This document shows positions 38,462 to 42,373 of a stretch of 42,373 nt of DNA, one piece after another. The notes under the pieces were generated by a model. The model saw only the letters and a list, made by a program, of their open reading frames with translations, was not told the DNA's origin and searched no databases. This stretch comes from a virus (Duplodnaviria; Caudoviricetes): positions 1 to 42,373 of IMG/VR virus record IMGVR_UViG_3300046508_000105; one strand, 5' to 3'. A program made the position numbers and the translations under genes. Each line of letters begins with the position of its first letter. Within the stretch, counting starts at the first letter, position 1.

Positions 38462-38572
38462 ATGAATAGTTTTCTGGCATACATGGGCGGCAAGTCGTTA
38501 CTGGCGAAGAAAATCATTCCGAAGATCCAGGACCACAAATGCTATGTGGAGGTCTTCGCCGGCGCGGCATGG
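38462..38572 (+). pseudogene. 5' fragment of a D12-class adenine methyltransferase (truncated paralog of 41284..42063)
   Basis: MNSFLAYMGGKSLLAKKIIPKIQDHKCYVEVFAGAAW, then unrelated sequence. The upstream leader (38360-38461) is also duplicated. Confidence 0.85.
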
Positions 38573-38655
38573 ATGTTTAAAATGCCAATTGTCGGTTTGA
38601 TTATCTTCATGCTCGTAAATTGTCGTCTGACACCTGAGCAGTTCGGGAGGTAGTT

Positions 38656-38859
38656 ATGAGAATTGATCCTAATAAATTTGCAATAGACGAAAGTCGGTCA
38701 AATCCTATGGTGGTGGCCATGAAATATGAAGACTGCCCCATCAATCAAATCTGTTTCTTTGCGGTCATAGGGTTTGGAACCATTACTGATAAGTGCGAGC
38801 ATTTTAAGGAAGCAGGGGAATACGCAGACTGTGAGAAAAGCACAGGGGTAGAGCCATGA
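38656..38859 (+). CDS. Hypothetical protein
   Basis: GGAGG RBS; 67 aa. Confidence 0.55.
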   Translation: MRIDPNKFAIDESRSNPMVVAMKYEDCPINQICFFAVIGFGTITDKCEHFKEAGEYADCEKSTGVEP

Positions 38860-38905
38860 CCAGAATTTTAGCGGAACTTTTAACCAGAAAGGAATAGGTG
38901 AAATT

Positions 38906-39277
38906 ATGTCAAAATGGTTTTGTTTCACAGAGGCAGGGTTAGACCCGGCAATCAAAATGGCGACTTATACGGCAGGATTTCTGATGTCAAAGAACAATCC
39001 GGCATTGGCTAAGGTGTCACTTCCCGTAGCACAGGGAATCCAAAAGACGGTGGACGGCGGGACGGACAACGGAGCTTTGAACGCTATCCTTAAAGAAGGT
39101 ATCACGGAACTTGTCGGGCAGGTTTCATCCGATCCGGTTATTCAGGCGGCGGTGGCAGGGGTGCTGGCATCCCTCAAGATCGATATTCCGGGTGGCTCCA
39201 TTCCGGTATTCTCCAATGCTCTCATTAAGGAACTGGTGGACAGCTTCGTCGGTGGGATGGCAGCATCGGTGGTTTAA
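38906..39277 (+). CDS. Hypothetical alpha-helical protein
   Basis: AGGTG RBS; 123 aa, Ala/Val/Gly-rich amphipathic. Confidence 0.6.
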   Translation: MSKWFCFTEAGLDPAIKMATYTAGFLMSKNNPALAKVSLPVAQGIQKTVDGGTDNGALNAILKEGITELVGQVSSDPVIQAAVAGVLASLKIDIPGGSIPVFSNALIKELVDSFVGGMAASVV

Positions 39278-39297
39278 ATGAAATCAGGATCCCAAAC

Positions 39298-39831
39298 ATG
39301 GGTGAACTAACCTTACTAACAAGAAATGACCTGGAGAATATCCCACAGGTGATGCTCCCAATGCCCGTATTGTCGGACAATCTCCGGTCATTCTTTTCAT
39401 GGGGAATAAAGGCACACGAAGAAGGCTGCTATAATCATTTTATGTGGATGATCCATCCGGGGATGCTGGCAAGCCAAAACATATTATATCAATCTCAACC
39501 TGTTAAGGATTACGTCGAGCAGTGCAGATTGAAACTTTGGTATTGCAAGACCTGGACGCCAGAAAACAGGCATACGGTTATTAAGACCATTGAGGATAAA
39601 CTCAATCAGCCTTGGTACAAGCGGTTATACGACGTTCCGGCTATTTTAGGGCAACTAACGTGGAAAGAAATCCACATGCCATATATGCGGATATGCTCAG
39701 ATTATGGGGATTATTTACATATTTGTGACCCAACCTACGACTTGCATCATCCTGACCCCGAAAATATAAATCACTGGTTGGAAAAAAGAAACGATAGATA
39801 TGAGGTTTATGGACGTTATTTGCCTGATTAA
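39298..39831 (+). CDS. Permuted papain-like (YiiX/YaeF-type NlpC/P60) amidase-like protein
   Basis: SWGIK....YNHF (His before Cys), YDVPAILG, ICSDY, P..I order. Confidence 0.6.
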   Translation: MGELTLLTRNDLENIPQVMLPMPVLSDNLRSFFSWGIKAHEEGCYNHFMWMIHPGMLASQNILYQSQPVKDYVEQCRLKLWYCKTWTPENRHTVIKTIEDKLNQPWYKRLYDVPAILGQLTWKEIHMPYMRICSDYGDYLHICDPTYDLHHPDPENINHWLEKRNDRYEVYGRYLPD

Positions 39832-39891
39832 ATGAGGGGAAAATTATGAACACATTAGACCCCAAAAATAACATTAACCAAGGAGGAAGCT

Positions 39892-40209
39892 ATGAAAAAG
39901 TTATTGTCGTTTGTTGTGATCTTGATCTTCATGTTTGTCGGAATTGGAGTGGTATTCGCATCTCCGTTTATCCATTGTGCTCCACAGACGGGAGTGATCG
40001 GGTATGTGATCACAGGTGATGCTTATTTCCCTGATCAGATTGCAGCACAAGCAGATGGATCAGCAAAAATTGACGTCGCAACTATTCCTGTCGGAGTTCA
40101 TTCACTACAAGTGAGTGCCTGCTGCCTCTGGGGGTGCAGCGACAAAGCCCCTTTATCCTTCACCAAATTCATCCCGAACGCACCTGTTGGGCTGGAGATA
40201 GTGAAGTGA
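39892..40209 (+). CDS. Secreted Fn3/Ig-like protein
   Basis: AGGAGG RBS; signal peptide ending VFA; GVIGY...GVHSLQVSACCLWGCS; C-terminal PNAPVGLEIVK. Confidence 0.7.
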   Translation: MKKLLSFVVILIFMFVGIGVVFASPFIHCAPQTGVIGYVITGDAYFPDQIAAQADGSAKIDVATIPVGVHSLQVSACCLWGCSDKAPLSFTKFIPNAPVGLEIVK

Positions 40210-40279
40210 TTTGCGTAGACCTTTCGACGTGGCATTGGCGCTGATCATATAAGAAGAGGATGCAGAAAGGAGGCGGAGA

Positions 40280-40417
40280 ATGGATTACGTATCCGTTCTT
40301 ATTTTAGGAATTGTGATCGGAATTGTGATCGGAGTTCCGATTGGTGCCATCTGGACATACAAGAAGACTCAGAAGAATAATAAGGCTTGGGCTGATATTG
40401 GTAGGACGCCTCAGTGA
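40280..40417 (+). CDS. Small membrane protein (45 aa)
   Basis: GGAG RBS; MDYVSVLILGIVIGIVIGVPIGAIW; contains a 12-bp tandem duplication GGAATTGTGATC. Confidence 0.5.
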   Translation: MDYVSVLILGIVIGIVIGVPIGAIWTYKKTQKNNKAWADIGRTPQ

Positions 40418-40599
40418 AGTTGATGAAGATATGGCTCGTAGTAACGACAATCGTCATCGACGATAAAATAACAGACAGGACTTTCGAGGCGTTTGATAAT
40501 AACCCGCATAAAAAAGAAGGGTGGCTGCCGCATCGTAACGAAAGTGAATGCTGTGGCAGCATCATTAGAGTAATGAGAATTGAGGTGAATCATGCATAA
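40414..40599 (+). CDS. Hypothetical protein (paralog of 11183..11398)
   Basis: WLVVTTIVIDDK...FEAFDN...GWL...CCGSIIR. Confidence 0.65.
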   Translation: MKLMKIWLVVTTIVIDDKITDRTFEAFDNNPHKKEGWLPHRNESECCGSIIRVMRIEVNHA

Positions 40600-41065
40600 G
40601 ATAATCGTTGCGTTATTTATGATCCTATCCATTGCCGGTTCTGCACAGGCCCAGAACTGTCCGGGGAAACCTCCATTGCCACCCGGACTTGTCGCAACGA
40701 TTAACTGCGACAAAGCCTGTGTGACTGGATATCATATTGACAAAATAGATAGTATCTACTGTTGCCCAGATGGATCATGGCTGACTCCTAACAGTGATAA
40801 CTGTTGTGCCATTGGAACCGTGATGAAATCGGACGGGGACTGCTGTGTTGTCAATGAGAGTGACCCATGTTGTGCCGATGGTTCTTACGTCGTGTCCCCA
40901 TTCAATTGCTGTCCTGTTGGGAAGTTCCTTTCTGCCGATCAATCGAACTGTTGTGTTGACGCGCAGGGAGTGAACTGCTGCGCCAGCTACCAGGTGTGGC
41001 AGATGCAGGAAAATGGATTAGGGGCGTGTGTTCCGAAGAAACCAGTGAGTGTAGAGATTAGATAA
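40592..41065 (+). CDS. Secreted cysteine-rich repeat protein
   Basis: Signal peptide ending AQA; 18 Cys including seven CC pairs; C-terminal PKKPVSVEIR. Confidence 0.75.
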   Translation: MHKIIVALFMILSIAGSAQAQNCPGKPPLPPGLVATINCDKACVTGYHIDKIDSIYCCPDGSWLTPNSDNCCAIGTVMKSDGDCCVVNESDPCCADGSYVVSPFNCCPVGKFLSADQSNCCVDAQGVNCCASYQVWQMQENGLGACVPKKPVSVEIR

Positions 41066-41144
41066 ATTACGAGCCGGTTTAAAGCGCCGGCCATGACGGT
41101 TAGCCCCGGAGAATCCGGTATGGCCATCCAATCGGGTATGAGAA

Positions 41145-41224
41145 GGCGGACAGTATTCCAGGGAGTACCACCTCCCCAGACCAGGCGCGAACACGCCCGA
41201 CGGGATAACCCGCTACCATCCGCC
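41145..41224 (+). ncRNA. Putative structured RNA leader of the D12 methyltransferase
   Basis: Closing stem GGCGGA/TCCGCC enclosing hairpins GGGAG-TACCAC-CTCCC, GGCG-CGAACA-CGCC and CGGG-ATAA-CCCG; the 3' half is conserved in the paralogous copy at 38360. Confidence 0.5.
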
Positions 41225-41283
41225 CCACGAGAATGAGGCAGTCTATAGCAGGGTTACTCCCATAAATCAAAGGGAGGACCACG

Positions 41284-42063
41284 ATGAATAGTTTTTTAGC
41301 GTATATGGGCGGCAAATCATTGCTGGCGAGGAAAATCATTCCGAAGATCCCAGATCACAAATGCTACGTGGAAGTATTCGCGGGCGCGGCATGGCTGCTT
41401 TTTAAGAAGGAAGAGACCACCTCTGACGTGGAGATCATCAACGACATCAACCTGGATCTAATTACCCTCTACCGGGTCGTGAAGCATCATCTGGAGGAGT
41501 TTATCCGCTATTTCAAATGGATACTGGTCTCGCGAGATGAGTTTTACCGATTCCGGAAGGAATCCCCGGAAACGCTGACGGATATTCAAAAAGCCGTGCG
41601 GTTTTACTACCTGCTCAAATTAGGTTATGCGGCCAGGATCAAGGACCCGTCATTTTCCATCGCCACAACTGGAAAGCCTCGTTTGAATCTCCTCCGGATT
41701 GAAGAGGAGCTATCGGCGGTCCACCTTCGCTTGTCTCGGGTCTATATTGAGAACCGATCCTATGCGGAGGTATTTGCACGCTTCGACAAGCCGGATACGT
41801 TCTTCTACATCGATCCACCCTATTATGGGTATGAAGATTATTATGGGGACGGCATCTTTGATCGAAGCGACTTTATGAAGCTTCGGGACATCCCGGCCAG
41901 GGTCGCAGGAAAATTCATTCTGTCGATCAACGACATTGACTATATCCGGGATCTTTTCCAGGGCTTCCGCATCGAGACAGTATCAACATCCTATTTGGCG
42001 GCTGGTGCCAACAAAAGGAAGCGGGTAAACGAGCTGCTTATTATGAATTACGAGCCGGTTTAA
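41284..42063 (+). CDS. D12-class N6-adenine DNA methyltransferase (mom position)
   Basis: YMGGKS, EVFAGAA, EIINDIN, FFYIDPPY, ELLIMNY. Confidence 0.93.
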   Translation: MNSFLAYMGGKSLLARKIIPKIPDHKCYVEVFAGAAWLLFKKEETTSDVEIINDINLDLITLYRVVKHHLEEFIRYFKWILVSRDEFYRFRKESPETLTDIQKAVRFYYLLKLGYAARIKDPSFSIATTGKPRLNLLRIEEELSAVHLRLSRVYIENRSYAEVFARFDKPDTFFYIDPPYYGYEDYYGDGIFDRSDFMKLRDIPARVAGKFILSINDIDYIRDLFQGFRIETVSTSYLAAGANKRKRVNELLIMNYEPV

Positions 42064-42222
42064 AGCGCCGGCGGACGATCGATTTAGTTGAAGTGCTTAC
42101 CATCGATGAATCGATCGATTTACTCGATGATCATTGGCAGTATCCTGACGGATATCGACTGTTTTTAAAAAGTAAATATATCCGGCAGGATTTTTGCGCT
42201 CTGCAGCCTGAGTTCGTCAGGT

Positions 42223-42290
42223 TGTCGCCGATTCCATTAATGTGTCGCCGATTATCTTTTTGTTTGTCGCATATTAAGTTTCGCCTGACA
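42223..42290 (-). repeat. Phage right end (attR) with three transposase-binding sites
   Basis: TGTCGCCGATT 42223-42233 and 42243-42253, TGTCGCATATT 42265-42275; terminal TGACA ends at 42290. Confidence 0.85.
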
Positions 42291-42373
42291 TTCGTTACCA
42301 ATGCTGAAAAGATGGAAGTCAACATGGAAGACTGCTTCATCCTTATCAATGAGAAGAAGGTCAGCAACATGAA
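42291..42373 (+). CDS. groEL: Host flank: internal fragment of chaperonin GroEL
   Basis: Reads [28 protein letters not shown], the segment following GYLSPY in GroEL; begins exactly after the terminal CA. Confidence 0.9.

Larger units (their letters stand above)
41065..42072 (+). repeat. 27-bp direct repeats AATTACGAGCCGGTTTAAAGCGCCGGC bracketing the methyltransferase unit
   Basis: 41065-41091 and 42046-42072; the sequence covers the MTase C-terminus NYEPV* and a few bases downstream. Confidence 0.95.
69..42290 (+). mobile_element. Complete Mu-like transposable (pro)phage, siphovirus-type tail
   Basis: TG...CA termini with transposase-binding repeats at the same offset (nt 16-26) from each end. 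Carries MuA DDE transposase, MuB ATPase, ner, gemA, gam and a full head/tail gene set without sheath or baseplate wedge genes. Confidence 0.93.

Noticed and set aside
36533-38572. Invertible tail-fibre segment or diversity-generating retroelement
   Set aside because: No invertase, reverse transcriptase, flanking inverted repeats or adenine-specific TR/VR pair was seen. The MTase duplication differs at mixed, mostly synonymous positions.
41100-41230. tRNA-like cloverleaf
   Set aside because: Lacks D- and T-loop consensus (no TTCGA) and a proper acceptor stem; retained only as a putative leader RNA.
42131-42370. 79-aa minus-strand ORF from the ORF track
   Set aside because: It spans the phage/host junction and is antisense to groEL, so it is spurious.

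Overview
The window holds an apparently complete ~42.2-kb transposable (Mu-like) temperate phage with a non-contractile, siphovirus-type tail. It runs from TG at 69 to CA at 42290, with repeated AATCGGCGACA-like transposase-binding sites at both ends. The flanks come from two different essential host genes, a murE-like fragment on the left and a groEL fragment on the right, and there is no target-site duplication. This is what heterogeneous host ends of a replicating or packaged Mu-type genome would look like. The host is probably Gram-negative, possibly Desulfobacterota/Syntrophales (inference). Gene order: left cargo (PIN toxin/DUF433 antitoxin, DNA MTase-Mrr fusion, lipoprotein); repressor/ner switch; MuA/MuB; semi-essential early genes (gemA, gam); a Com-like Zn-ribbon gene with a tandem-repeat/terminator element; M15 endolysin; terminase, portal, gpF and a protease-capsid fusion; neck; tail (TAC -1 frameshift, TMP, DUF2163, NlpC/P60, tail tip); right cargo; and a D12-class adenine MTase in the mom position. 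The most striking feature lies directly after the capsid gene, inside the late operon. An O-antigen-ligase/O-oligosaccharyltransferase-like membrane enzyme sits between two capsid-decoration-like proteins that both carry Sec signal peptides. This is a candidate system for periplasmic glycosylation of virion decoration proteins. All family calls come from motif recognition by eye; no database searches were run.
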